From UHGV virus genome UHGV-0200554: a stretch of 64,000 nucleotides of DNA; one strand, given 5' to 3'. This document shows positions 38,476-47,279 of the stretch, piece by piece. A program made the position numbers and the translations under genes. Position 1 is the stretch's first letter. Each line of letters opens with the position of its first letter. The notes beneath the pieces were generated by a model. The model worked only from the letters and a program-made list of their open reading frames with translations, did no database searches and was not told where the DNA came from. The DNA comes from a virus.

Positions 38476-39197
38476 AGAAGGTTTTAGAGTTTCAATTTGA
38501 AATTGCTGAAATAGGTGGAGAAAGACGGAGGCTTGTTAATGCAAGAGATTTGCATAAACAGTTAGGCATTCGTACACGCTTTAGTGACTGGATTAAAAGG
38601 TCATTAATTAATCAAAATTTCTTGCAAGATGTTGATTTTATCGTGGTTCTCAAAAATGAGTATGACGCAAGTAAGTTTGGTGGCATACGTAAGCAAGAGG
38701 AATATTTATGCACTGTTGAGACAGCTAAACACCTTGCTATGATGGCGAAGACACCGAAAGGTAAAGAGGTTCGTAATTACTTTATCGAAATTGAAAGAAA
38801 GTACCGCGAGTACATGATTGAGCAACGGAGGTTGGCAAGGAAGATGCTTAACATGGAAAGCTCAACAGATATGGTCTGCATAACTGTTTCGGCGAAGAAA
38901 ATCGCTAAAGTGCTTGGGATAACCATGTCTGTGTTTGACCTGAATGGATTCTTGAGGACGGATGGTTACAAGCATAAACATTGGTATAACGCAACTCTTG
39001 CTGGTCAGGAGGTGTGGAATGATTGGGTTATGAAAAGCAAATATGGGGGTCATAGGTTTACAAGCCAGAACAGTATTAACATTGTGCAATGCCTGCTTTA
39101 TGAAAAAGGTATTAGTAAGCTGGAGGATGACATTTGGCAAGAACTTGTTTGGATTGTGTTCATGAAGAATTGGGTTGATTATCTTGCCAACAGATGA
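38472..39197 (+). CDS. Rha/Ant-like phage regulatory (antirepressor-type) DNA-binding protein
   Basis: N-terminal RLVNARDLHKQLGIRTRFSDWIKRS resembles Rha/Ant-type domains; assignment approximate. Confidence 0.45.
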   Translation: MKKVLEFQFEIAEIGGERRRLVNARDLHKQLGIRTRFSDWIKRSLINQNFLQDVDFIVVLKNEYDASKFGGIRKQEEYLCTVETAKHLAMMAKTPKGKEVRNYFIEIERKYREYMIEQRRLARKMLNMESSTDMVCITVSAKKIAKVLGITMSVFDLNGFLRTDGYKHKHWYNATLAGQEVWNDWVMKSKYGGHRFTSQNSINIVQCLLYEKGISKLEDDIWQELVWIVFMKNWVDYLANR

Positions 39198-39251
39198 TTG
39201 ACAAACACAACCAAACATGCTAAGATTCTTCTTATCGAAAGGAGGTACACC

Positions 39252-39452
39252 ATGGATAATCCTGTTGCTAAAAACTGCAACAAGTTTAACAAAGCTGCAA
39301 CTCATGCTGATCGGAAGAAAGGTTGGTGTCCAGATTTAGACGAAGGACTTGAAGAGTACTTCGAAGATGAACTGGAAGACCTAGCAGACAATGCTCAAGA
39401 GATTGCAATCAGGGAATATGCAGAAAGAGCGAAAGCTGCAAGAATTTGTTGA
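39252..39452 (+). CDS. small acidic protein (66 aa; internal ATG with GGAGG RBS)
   Basis: RBS-linked start within track ORF 39198..39452. Confidence 0.4.
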   Translation: MDNPVAKNCNKFNKAATHADRKKGWCPDLDEGLEEYFEDELEDLADNAQEIAIREYAERAKAARIC

Positions 39453-39531
39453 CAATACCCTGTTTGTTTGGTAATATTAAAGCATGAGGTGAGGTAAACG
39501 ATTTTAGTTTGAGAGGTCTACAGGAAATGCT

Positions 39532-39774
39532 ATGTTTAAGGTTAAGCTCGTTTTCAGATCCTTAGAAGGAGACTATTTAGAACACGAATCTGAACACAGA
39601 TTCTTTGATGATGCTTTTGAAGTTGCAAACGATATTGCCTGCGAGAACACAGGTTACGGACTGGAGTTCTGGGAAGGAGGTGCACAAATAGATAAAAGCA
39701 AAATCTTCTATTTTTACCCGGATCCAGAATGCAGACATGTGAAATATGTGTTGTTCTTCTGTGTATTGCAATAA
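39532..39774 (+). CDS. hypothetical protein (80 aa)
   Basis: ORF. Confidence 0.4.
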   Translation: MFKVKLVFRSLEGDYLEHESEHRFFDDAFEVANDIACENTGYGLEFWEGGAQIDKSKIFYFYPDPECRHVKYVLFFCVLQ

Positions 39775-39810
39775 GGAGAGACATGAAAGACGAATTTGAT
39801 GGCTTTTAGC

Positions 39811-39839
39811 TTGACAATGTTGAGTTAAAACGCTATACT
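39811..39839 (+). promoter_or_regulatory. sigma70-like promoter TTGACA-17-TATACT
   Basis: Consensus -35 and near-consensus -10 with 17-bp spacer. Confidence 0.55.
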
Positions 39840-40071
39840 TACAGTGTTCCCCATAGAGGGCTTGATAGTGCACCACACTGAAAAATGGTAGGAACGTAGA
39901 GGGCTACGGACGCGTAGGGTTCCAGCAACCTGTAATAAGGTCGAGTCCAAGTACGGTAATGGCTTCCCCTTTCCCTTCGAGGGCTTGAAAATGCCAGAGA
40001 CGGACTGGCAATCTATTGACAATCTCCAGAGTACGTGATAAACTCAGCTTATTAACTATTCTGGAGGTTAT

Positions 40072-40419
40072 ATGGTGGACAAAAAAGAGAAAGCGAAAAA
40101 ACGTCGTCGCAGGGGCAGACCCCTGAAAGAGGAATCAAACGCTATTCAACTTGATAAAAATCTTATTGAGATGAAAGAAGCGTTCATTGCAATGGTTCCA
40201 GAGGCACACAAAGTTCTCCGCGATATGATGAATAACCCCAAAACGAAAGAAAACATTCGTCAGGGCATAGCAACATACGTTCTGGAGAAAGCTGCTGCCA
40301 TGCAGGAAGAGTACGACGAAATGTTCGGGGAAGAGGAAGAAGAATCTACTGTTGTAGATGCGACCCCAACACCGTTCTCTCCGTTTACTACAGAGATTAT
40401 CCCGATCAACGATCAGTAA
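40072..40419 (+). CDS. basic N-terminal DNA-binding protein, candidate small terminase subunit
   Basis: KKRRRRGRPLK N-terminus; position upstream of large terminase; inference only. Confidence 0.35.
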   Translation: MVDKKEKAKKRRRRGRPLKEESNAIQLDKNLIEMKEAFIAMVPEAHKVLRDMMNNPKTKENIRQGIATYVLEKAAAMQEEYDEMFGEEEEESTVVDATPTPFSPFTTEIIPINDQ

Positions 40420-40488
40420 TCATTGTTGTGTAGCCTTGGAGAGAGAAGAGTGCTTGGGCGGTAAGCACTGGAAACACCGCTCAGTAGT

Positions 40489-40564
40489 GCCCCGTTAGTT
40501 CAAATGGAAGAACAGTGGCCTTCTAAGCCATAGGTTACAGGTTCGAGTCCTGTACGGGGTGCCA
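40489..40564 (+). tRNA. tRNA-Arg (anticodon UCU, reads AGA/AGG), CCA encoded
   Basis: Hand-folded cloverleaf: 7-bp acceptor, 4-bp D stem, 5-bp anticodon stem with loop CTTCTAA, 5-bp T stem with TTCGAGT, GCCA 3' end. Confidence 0.85.
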
Positions 40565-40608
40565 ACACTTTTAACCAAAACACTAATCATTTAAAGGAAC
40601 TTAGTAAT

Positions 40609-40875
40609 ATGTATACATTAAAAATCGTAGAACGTGTAATGCCAGAAGGTGAACCGGAAGATACCAACATTCCATCTAAACCGTATCTTCGTGAGTCATA
40701 CTATGACATGAATAAAAACACAGATGTTATCTTCTATGAACCAAATCAGGAAGGTATCATCGCTGTGGTAATGGATGGTGAACAGAAGGTCTACATTTAT
40801 GATGACACTTCTGCTTACCTGATGAATGAAAACGCTGTTACAGTACGTATCATTCATCGTGTTCAGTTCAACTAA
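40609..40875 (+). CDS. hypothetical protein (88 aa)
   Basis: ORF with AT-rich RBS region; followed by terminator. Confidence 0.45.
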   Translation: MYTLKIVERVMPEGEPEDTNIPSKPYLRESYYDMNKNTDVIFYEPNQEGIIAVVMDGEQKVYIYDDTSAYLMNENAVTVRIIHRVQFN

Positions 40876-40942
40876 GGTGGTTTCAGTTCATAATCAGTTT
40901 CATTGATACATCTCCTTTCATTGGTTTATAAGTTTTAACCCG

Positions 40943-40978
40943 CCCCGTTGACTGAAATGGTCACGGGGTTTTTTATTT
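40943..40978 (+). terminator. intrinsic terminator (CCCCGT...ACGGGG + T6)
   Basis: Hairpin followed by TTTTTTATTT. Confidence 0.6.
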
Positions 40979-40996
40979 GTATGTTCTGGAGGTTTC

Positions 40997-41398
40997 GTGC
41001 CAGCAGTACTTGCATTCCTGATAAAATATAAGCGCGTGATAAAATGGACTATCGCGGCTGTCTTACTGGTTGTAGCCTGCGCTGGAGTGCACAGTTGGTA
41101 CAACACCCAGATACAAAATGCCTACAACGAAGGGGTCGCTGTAACAGAGCAGAAATGGGATAAACTGATGATGCAGCAGAAGCTACAGGCCAACCAGACG
41201 AAGTTGGAACACGCTTACGAAGTCAGAGAGCTTGAGCAAAAGCTGGCTAACATGCAGAACGCCATGAACGCTCCTGGAGCTTTTGGTGGGGCTACACAAC
41301 AGCAGTTCCAGTCATCTCCAGAAGGGCAACAGAACCGGATCCCAGATAAAGTGATCGATATCTACAACGAAAGTATTAACTCGGAGGTGCAGCAATGA
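40997..41398 (+). CDS. i-spanin (Rz-like: N-terminal TM anchor, periplasmic coiled coil)
   Basis: TM helix IAAVLLVVACAGV then Q/E-rich helical region; followed by lipoprotein ORF overlapping by 4 nt. Confidence 0.55.
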   Translation: MPAVLAFLIKYKRVIKWTIAAVLLVVACAGVHSWYNTQIQNAYNEGVAVTEQKWDKLMMQQKLQANQTKLEHAYEVRELEQKLANMQNAMNAPGAFGGATQQQFQSSPEGQQNRIPDKVIDIYNESINSEVQQ

Positions 41399-41691
41399 GG
41401 TGGTTACTTGCATTAGCGATTGCACTCACGTTTTCTATGGCCCTGGTAGGTTGTAGCTCACCTAAAAGTACGCCAGTTACAGTTGCACCGCAGAAAGTTG
41501 AACAACTTGCTGTAGAGCCTCCTGCGGCAGCTATGATCCCACCAGCAATAGCTATCCCCTTGGTGAAAGGTGCACCAGATGCGGATAACTCTGCAATTAT
41601 GAGGCAGAACAATCTCTCCTGTAGCAATGATCGTGCCAAATTAATCATCTTGCAGGATTATGTAAAATCTTTATTCAATAAGGAGAATTAA
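41395..41691 (+). CDS. o-spanin (Rz1-like outer-membrane lipoprotein)
   Basis: Signal peptide with lipobox LVGC, Pro-rich mature part. Confidence 0.55.
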   Translation: MRWLLALAIALTFSMALVGCSSPKSTPVTVAPQKVEQLAVEPPAAAMIPPAIAIPLVKGAPDADNSAIMRQNNLSCSNDRAKLIILQDYVKSLFNKEN

Positions 41692-42806
41692 TGGCTAAAA
41701 TGTATGGCCCATGCTCCCGTAAACAACAAATGATTCTGGAAAATGATGCCGACTTCCTGATCATTGGTGGGGCAGCGGGTTGTTTGTCAATGCGACATGA
41801 GGTGATGACACCTAACGGGTGGATCAGAATATCGGAATGGGATGGTCAAGATATCCTCCAGTTTGATAAAGAAACTGGTAAGGCCATGTTTATCCAGCCT
41901 GAAGAGTTTGTTAAGCTGGAATGCGACAAACTAACCAGGATTGTGCAGGATGGTATTTGTCAGGAATTATCCGACGAGCACACAGTTCTGTACGTCCCAG
42001 AAGACGGAACAGCTTACGGTACACTTAATTTCGGAGAAGTGGCTGAACAGTATGCTAACGGTGAGTTGGCAATGCGTATGCAGACCACGTTTGTGAACAT
42101 GGGTGGTACTGGCCTTGGCATTTCTGACGAAGAGCTGAAAGAAAGGGCAAGATATTACAAATTCACAGATGAGTGGTATAATTGTGATCGTCGTCAGTTG
42201 TTGCAGATCTGGTATGAGATTTACCTGAACGGTAATGATCCCCATGCCTACGTTGTTCCAACGAAAGAACAGGCTGATTTCTTGCAATACCTCGGATCAT
42301 CTTTAGGTTTCAACGCACAGATCTTCTTCGAAGAAGGTTACAAAGTTGTGTTCTCTAATGAACGTGCAGGTACGATTGCTCTTAATAACGATGCAACGTT
42401 CGAAGAGTTTGAGCCGGAAGATGGTTACAAATATTGTTTTGCTACCACAACAGGCTATTTTATCACCAGACTGGAAAACTGCATTGCAGTGACTGGTAAC
42501 AGTGGTAAATCCTTTCTTCTACAGCTTCTCCCACTAAAGATGATAGATGACCCCAACACTTCTGTGGTGATGTTCCGTAGGACAACTCCACAACTGGAAG
42601 GTGAAGGTGGTCTGTGGCCTAAAGCACTGAGTGTGTATCTGGATCTTCCTGAGTACATGAGGCCGAAATTCAGAGAGAAAGACCATAAGTTTACTTTTCC
42701 ATATTATGATGCAAAGACGGGCAAATGGAATAAGAAAAGAGACGGAGCAGTAATCAAATACTGCCATATGGAATACGTCCAAGATAAGCTGAATCATCAA
42801 GGGTAA
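41691..42806 (+). CDS. terL: terminase large subunit, exon 1 (ATPase N-terminal part; contains intein; ORF runs into intron to first stop)
   Basis: P-loop split as IIGGAAG / SGKSFLLQ around a 240-aa insert; true 3' exon boundary undetermined. Confidence 0.7.
   Translation: MAKMYGPCSRKQQMILENDADFLIIGGAAGCLSMRHEVMTPNGWIRISEWDGQDILQFDKETGKAMFIQPEEFVKLECDKLTRIVQDGICQELSDEHTVLYVPEDGTAYGTLNFGEVAEQYANGELAMRMQTTFVNMGGTGLGISDEELKERARYYKFTDEWYNCDRRQLLQIWYEIYLNGNDPHAYVVPTKEQADFLQYLGSSLGFNAQIFFEEGYKVVFSNERAGTIALNNDATFEEFEPEDGYKYCFATTTGYFITRLENCIAVTGNSGKSFLLQLLPLKMIDDPNTSVVMFRRTTPQLEGEGGLWPKALSVYLDLPEYMRPKFREKDHKFTFPYYDAKTGKWNKKRDGAVIKYCHMEYVQDKLNHQG
41781..42500 (+). mobile_element. intein (~240 aa) inserted in the terminase Walker A motif
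   Basis: Insert begins Cys (CLSMRHEVMTPNGWIRISEW, block-A-like), ends ...CIAVTGN followed by Ser; excision predicts GGAAGSGKS. Confidence 0.55.
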
Positions 42807-43331
42807 ACAAACCTGCCCTTCGTGCCTAATTCGGTGAAACTCCTTGACAAAAGGACAATACCGAGCTACGGTTAAAGGATTAGTTGAAACCGAGTGTAAC
42901 GACTATCCCCGATGAGTGTAGGGGAGTAGAATCACAAGCGATTGGTGATCCAAACGGCACGCCAAGGAGGGAAGAGCTAGTCTGTTCCACATGGTAACAT
43001 GTGGCGGGTGTCTTAGCACACCGCGTCGGAGTAGCGATCCGGCGGGACAAAAGTGGAATATACTTTAATATGTTTTGATGAGGGTTAACTGGTAGCTCTC
43101 GTAAAACCTCCCTAATTGCGGGGAAATCTTTACTATTGACACCACCAACCTATTATGGTAACATAATATTGGCTTCGGAGAAATACCGAAGGTATGGTAA
43201 TAGCGTGTTGATTTAGATAATCCGCAGCGAAGCATCCTGATAGGATGTGTGCTCAACGACTATCGCTTACGGGCGTTAGGGCCAAGCGGCTGGGGAAACC
43301 CACAGTCTTTTAAGACTGCCGAAACGGGAGG

Positions 43332-43625
43332 ATGGGAATGTGTAAAACTAAAAAATGTGTAGATTGCCAGAGAGTCCTACCTCTTGAGGATTTCTTTTTA
43401 TCTTCTAAGAGTAATGATGGGTACTCTGGTACATGCAAGGAATGCTATATGTACTACAGAAAGAATGGATCTCGTAGAAACAAGGATATGGTTAAGAGAG
43501 ATGATGCAGCAGCGTTTATTCAAGATTTGCTAGAGAAAGGTGAGCTTTTTGAATGCAAATCTTGTCATAAAAGTATGCTCGCTGACAATTTTACACAAAA
43601 CGTGATTATGGTAGGGTATATCTAG
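43332..43625 (+). CDS. intron-encoded Cys-rich zinc-binding ORF (possible N-terminal part of the homing endonuclease)
   Basis: CxxC pairs; directly upstream of HNH ORF in another frame. Confidence 0.35.
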   Translation: MGMCKTKKCVDCQRVLPLEDFFLSSKSNDGYSGTCKECYMYYRKNGSRRNKDMVKRDDAAAFIQDLLEKGELFECKSCHKSMLADNFTQNVIMVGYI

Positions 43626-43642
43626 TCACGGGCAGGTGTAAA

Positions 43643-43927
43643 ATGTGTGAGAAGTTCTATCAGCTTGAGAAGAAATTTCACATAACAAAAGACGAATATT
43701 TTCGTCTACTCTCAGATCAAGATTATAAATGTGCCATTTGCGGGATATCACTTGATGAGTATAGGTCGCAAGGGTACAGAGATTTCTTTAGTGTTGATCA
43801 TGACCATAAGACTGGCGCTGTAAGAGGTTTGCTTTGTGATAAGTGTAACAGAGCTTTAGGTTTTTTCCAGGAGGATGAGGAAACTCTTCTTAAAGCGGCA
43901 GAGTATTTACACACTCATAAGATATAG
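43643..43927 (+). CDS. intron-encoded endonuclease VII-type HNH endonuclease
   Basis: DHDHKTGAVRGLLCDKCNRALG signature; stop codon overlaps intron S element. Confidence 0.6.
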   Translation: MCEKFYQLEKKFHITKDEYFRLLSDQDYKCAICGISLDEYRSQGYRDFFSVDHDHKTGAVRGLLCDKCNRALGFFQEDEETLLKAAEYLHTHKI

Positions 43928-44043
43928 TCTGGTCTGCATGGAGACATGCAGCTGCCACATGGTGGCGGGGCAAGAGTAGCGACCTTGCCCGAACACAAAC
44001 GACACAGTTCGATTGGGAGCAAATCGACTACCTGATTTCTCGT

Positions 44044-45123
44044 ATGAGGTCGAAATCGAAATACTCTTCACGGATGGTGATCAGCTGTAACCCGGATTCT
44101 GAACACTATTTAGCCAAACTGGTTCGTTGGTGGCTTGACGACGAGGGCTACCCAGATGAAAGCAAGTGTGGCGTTAAGCGCTATTTCATCCGTAGGGATG
44201 GGGAATTTATCTTCGGCGATACGCCAGAAGAGTTGATCGAGAAGTATACCTATGTTAACGGCAAAGGTGTTGAGATAATCCCAAAACCACTCTCTATCGC
44301 TTTTATCGGTGCAACAATCCACGATAACCCCATCTGCTTGCGTGATAACCCAGAATATCTTGCATTCCTGGAAGGTCTGCCAGAGCTGGAAAAAGCACAA
44401 CTCCTCTACGGTAACTGGTTCGCTAAGCCTGAAGGTGCAAACTATTTCAGTCGCACATTCTTGAAAGATGCGGATCATGTCCCCCTCGGAGCAGTTTCTG
44501 TAAGAGCATGGGATAAAGCTGGTACAGAACGTACCTCTGGCAACAAATTCCCCGACTATACAGCCAGTATCAAGGTCAGTAAGGATAGTGATGGTTACTA
44601 CTACATCTCCGGTGACTATTGCCCTGAAAACGTAGATGATGGCAGATATTCTACGGGCTTGCACGGTAAGTTCTGCAAGAAAGCTGGGGAACGTGATGTT
44701 ATTATCAAGAAACAGGCAGAGTTTGATGGTGAGGACTGCGTAATTGTCTTCTCTGTGGACCCCGGTCAGGCAGGTAAGAGTGAGTTTCTTACTTCATCTC
44801 GTAAACTTCTTGCCGGAGGGTTCAGGGTAGAAGAAGACCCAATGCCGTCTAACAAATCAAAACTCACCCGTTTCTCCCCGTTTGCCAACCTTGCCCAACA
44901 AGGGATGGTGCGGCTTGTCCGGTCAAGTTTCGACCCGGATACACTGGAAGCATTTTTGACAGAGCTGGAGAAATTTAACGGCGAACGGTCAACCTTTAGC
45001 CGTAAAGATGATTGGGCTGACTCCATTGCTTCTGCAATTAACTACCTTGAAAAAGAGGAAGTTGCTATGCCATGTGTTATTCCGAAGATTGTTTCACCCT
45101 CTATGTATAAGAGGATGATTTAA
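44044..45123 (+). CDS. terL: terminase large subunit, exon 2 (ATPase end and nuclease domain; true 5' exon boundary is upstream of this ATG)
   Basis: YLISRMRS...VISCNP and acidic nuclease-like C-terminal region; frame open upstream to ~43921. Confidence 0.7.
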   Translation: MRSKSKYSSRMVISCNPDSEHYLAKLVRWWLDDEGYPDESKCGVKRYFIRRDGEFIFGDTPEELIEKYTYVNGKGVEIIPKPLSIAFIGATIHDNPICLRDNPEYLAFLEGLPELEKAQLLYGNWFAKPEGANYFSRTFLKDADHVPLGAVSVRAWDKAGTERTSGNKFPDYTASIKVSKDSDGYYYISGDYCPENVDDGRYSTGLHGKFCKKAGERDVIIKKQAEFDGEDCVIVFSVDPGQAGKSEFLTSSRKLLAGGFRVEEDPMPSNKSKLTRFSPFANLAQQGMVRLVRSSFDPDTLEAFLTELEKFNGERSTFSRKDDWADSIASAINYLEKEEVAMPCVIPKIVSPSMYKRMI

Positions 45124-45175
45124 GTAGTTGCCAATCTTAGATGAATGTGTTACAATAATCTATAGAGCATAACTA

Positions 45176-45200
45176 AGCCCTCTTCGGAGGGCTATTTCTT
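45176..45200 (+). terminator. hairpin + T-run (AGCCCTC-loop-GAGGGCT, ATTTCTTTT) between terminase and portal
   Basis: Read directly. Confidence 0.5.
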
Positions 45201-45223
45201 TTGTCTAACTTGAGGGTAATCTT

Positions 45224-46783
45224 GTGTCCAAGAAAAGCCGTAGGAAAAACAACGCAGCAGCCAAAGCGAGGGCTGTGAAAAAAGCTGGAAATCAAGATGC
45301 CCAGGTGCACAATGTTCGTCTGGGAGAGATTGGTTCCGGTGCACTGGCTCAGATCCAATTTGAATCTCAGCAGATGATGGTTGAGGAGTTGCGTTGGCCC
45401 AACCTTATCGCTACCGTAGAGACGATGAAATGCGACTCAACAGTAGCTACCGCTCTGGATTCTAAATATGTACTGATCACCAAAGCCTTCAACGATTTCA
45501 AAATTCTCTGTAATGAAGAGAGTGAAGAATCTAAGAAAGCAGCAGCATTTATCGACTATGCCCTGCGTAATCTCTCTAATCAGCAAACACTTCGTGATAT
45601 TGCAAGAAGTGCAGCCACCTTTAATGAATACGGCTTCTCAATATTTGAGAAAGTTTACCGTCGTGAACAGGAAGGGGAGTACGCTGGTAAATTAGTTATT
45701 GACAAGTTTGCATTCAGACCTCAAGCGAGCCTGTCCCGCAGTAACCCGTTCCAGTTTGATAAAAATAGTCGTAAACTTGAAGGTATATGGCAGTCACCGA
45801 ATGCGTTTGTTAATTTCAAACGTAATTCATACGCTGGCCCACTACTTTCTGCTCCGGCAAACTTCAACGGTGAGGAGATTTTCATTCCGGCTAAGAAAAT
45901 CATGATCATGACTCTTTCCGGTACAGAGTCCAATCCGGCAGGTGTTTCACCTATGATTGGTTGTTACAGATCCTTCCGTGAGAAAGTGCTGATCGAAAAC
46001 CTGGAAGTGGTTGGTTGCTCCAAAGATCTTGGTGGTGTGCTTGAGCTGAAAATACCGTCCAACATTCTGAATAAAGCAAGTATCGACCCCACCTCAATGG
46101 AAGGTCAGATGGTTGCTAACCTGATGGCAGATGCTGCAAATGCCCACTCCGGTGAACAGAGTTTCTTTATTCTCCCATCGGATCGTGATAAATCAGGTAA
46201 AGAACAGTATTCCATGGACCTGAAAGGGATCAATGGTGCTGGTAAACAATACTCCACCAAAGATCTTGTTGATGCACGTAAGAAAGCTATCCTTGATAGA
46301 TTTGGTGCTGGTTTTATTAACTTAGGTAACGACAACGTTGGTTCTTACTCGTTGTCCGAGTCCAAACAGTCTTTACATGGTCACTTCGTTAACCGTGATA
46401 TTGACATTATTGTTGAGGCTTTCAACAAAGACTTCATTCCCCAGATGCTGGCGCTGAACGGTATCTACCTCTCCAATGAGGATATGCCGAAACTCAAACC
46501 AGGGTTGACTGAAAAAGTTGACATGGAAGAGTTCTCCAAATTCGTACAGCGTATTGGTGCAGTTGGTTATCTGCCTAAAACTCCGGGTGTTATCAATAAA
46601 ATCCTTGAAGTTGGTGGTTTTGACTACCGCGTTGATGAGGATATTGACACTGAAGAGTTAATGCAAATACTGGGTCAGGATGTAAGTCGGTCAGGTGACG
46701 GTATGGCGGCGGGGACCAACGGTAATGGCACGTCCAGAATGTCATCCACACGCGATAATTCTGTATCAAATATGGAAAATTAA
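45224..46783 (+). CDS. portal protein (putative)
   Basis: 519-aa ORF immediately after terminase; assignment by size and position. Confidence 0.5.
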   Translation: MSKKSRRKNNAAAKARAVKKAGNQDAQVHNVRLGEIGSGALAQIQFESQQMMVEELRWPNLIATVETMKCDSTVATALDSKYVLITKAFNDFKILCNEESEESKKAAAFIDYALRNLSNQQTLRDIARSAATFNEYGFSIFEKVYRREQEGEYAGKLVIDKFAFRPQASLSRSNPFQFDKNSRKLEGIWQSPNAFVNFKRNSYAGPLLSAPANFNGEEIFIPAKKIMIMTLSGTESNPAGVSPMIGCYRSFREKVLIENLEVVGCSKDLGGVLELKIPSNILNKASIDPTSMEGQMVANLMADAANAHSGEQSFFILPSDRDKSGKEQYSMDLKGINGAGKQYSTKDLVDARKKAILDRFGAGFINLGNDNVGSYSLSESKQSLHGHFVNRDIDIIVEAFNKDFIPQMLALNGIYLSNEDMPKLKPGLTEKVDMEEFSKFVQRIGAVGYLPKTPGVINKILEVGGFDYRVDEDIDTEELMQILGQDVSRSGDGMAAGTNGNGTSRMSSTRDNSVSNMEN

Positions 46784-46803
46784 AAAAATTTTCATAAACA
46801 GGG

Positions 46804-46833
46804 TTGCATTTTAATTTGCAGTGTGGTAGAATA
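46804..46833 (+). promoter_or_regulatory. sigma70-like promoter TTGCAT-17-TAGAAT
   Basis: Read directly. Confidence 0.4.
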
Positions 46834-46850
46834 GTTTACATGAGGTAAAA

Positions 46851-47279
46851 ATGTCTACAACTGAAGAGATGATTTCATACGAGATCATCTACGAACCAAA
46901 CACTAAAGATGCTCACGGCGAGTGGATGTCCGAAGAAACTCTTCGCAAAGCGAAAGAAAGCTGGGACATGGCATACGCCGCTGGCATCGCCAGAGAAAAC
47001 CTTTTCCATCTCACCTCCACTGAAGCATTCACTATCGAAAAAACCTGGATTCAGGAAGAACTTGATGTGGTTGTTGCAGAAACCGGACAACCTATCAAGG
47101 CTGGATCATGGGTAGCTAAAGTGAAATACAATAACGAAGCCTTGTGGGAAGCTAAGAAAGCTGGCATTGTCGGTGGACTAAGCATCCAGTGCACAGGCCA
47201 TGTTAACGAAGAGACAGGTGAGATTACAGATATCAATTTCGGGGCCACAATCGTGGAAAATGAAGAGGGCGATGAATAA
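46851..47279 (+). CDS. head morphogenesis protein (142 aa), possibly a short prohead protease
   Basis: Position between portal and scaffold; no convincing catalytic motif. Confidence 0.3.
   Translation: MSTTEEMISYEIIYEPNTKDAHGEWMSEETLRKAKESWDMAYAAGIARENLFHLTSTEAFTIEKTWIQEELDVVVAETGQPIKAGSWVAKVKYNNEALWEAKKAGIVGGLSIQCTGHVNEETGEITDINFGATIVENEEGDE

Larger units (their letters stand above)
42805..44010 (+). mobile_element. group I self-splicing intron interrupting terL, with internal homing endonuclease ORF(s); boundaries approximate
   Basis: Core elements in order: P AATTGCGGGGAAA (~43114), Q AATCCGCAGC (~43219), R GCTCAACGACTA (~43251), S AAGATATAGTC (~43916). Confidence 0.65.

Noticed and set aside
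37025-39452. Temperate lifestyle / lysogeny module
   Set aside because: No integrase, CI-like repressor or att-like site seen in the window; the Rha/Ant-like protein alone does not establish lysogeny.
39846-40000. A second tRNA upstream of tRNA-Arg
   Set aside because: A T-loop-like GGTCGAGTCC is present but I could not assemble acceptor, D and anticodon stems into a cloverleaf; kept only as a candidate small RNA.
42455-42800. Minus-strand ORFs 42455..42658 and 42534..42800 inside terminase exon 1
   Set aside because: Antisense to a strongly supported gene; no signals.
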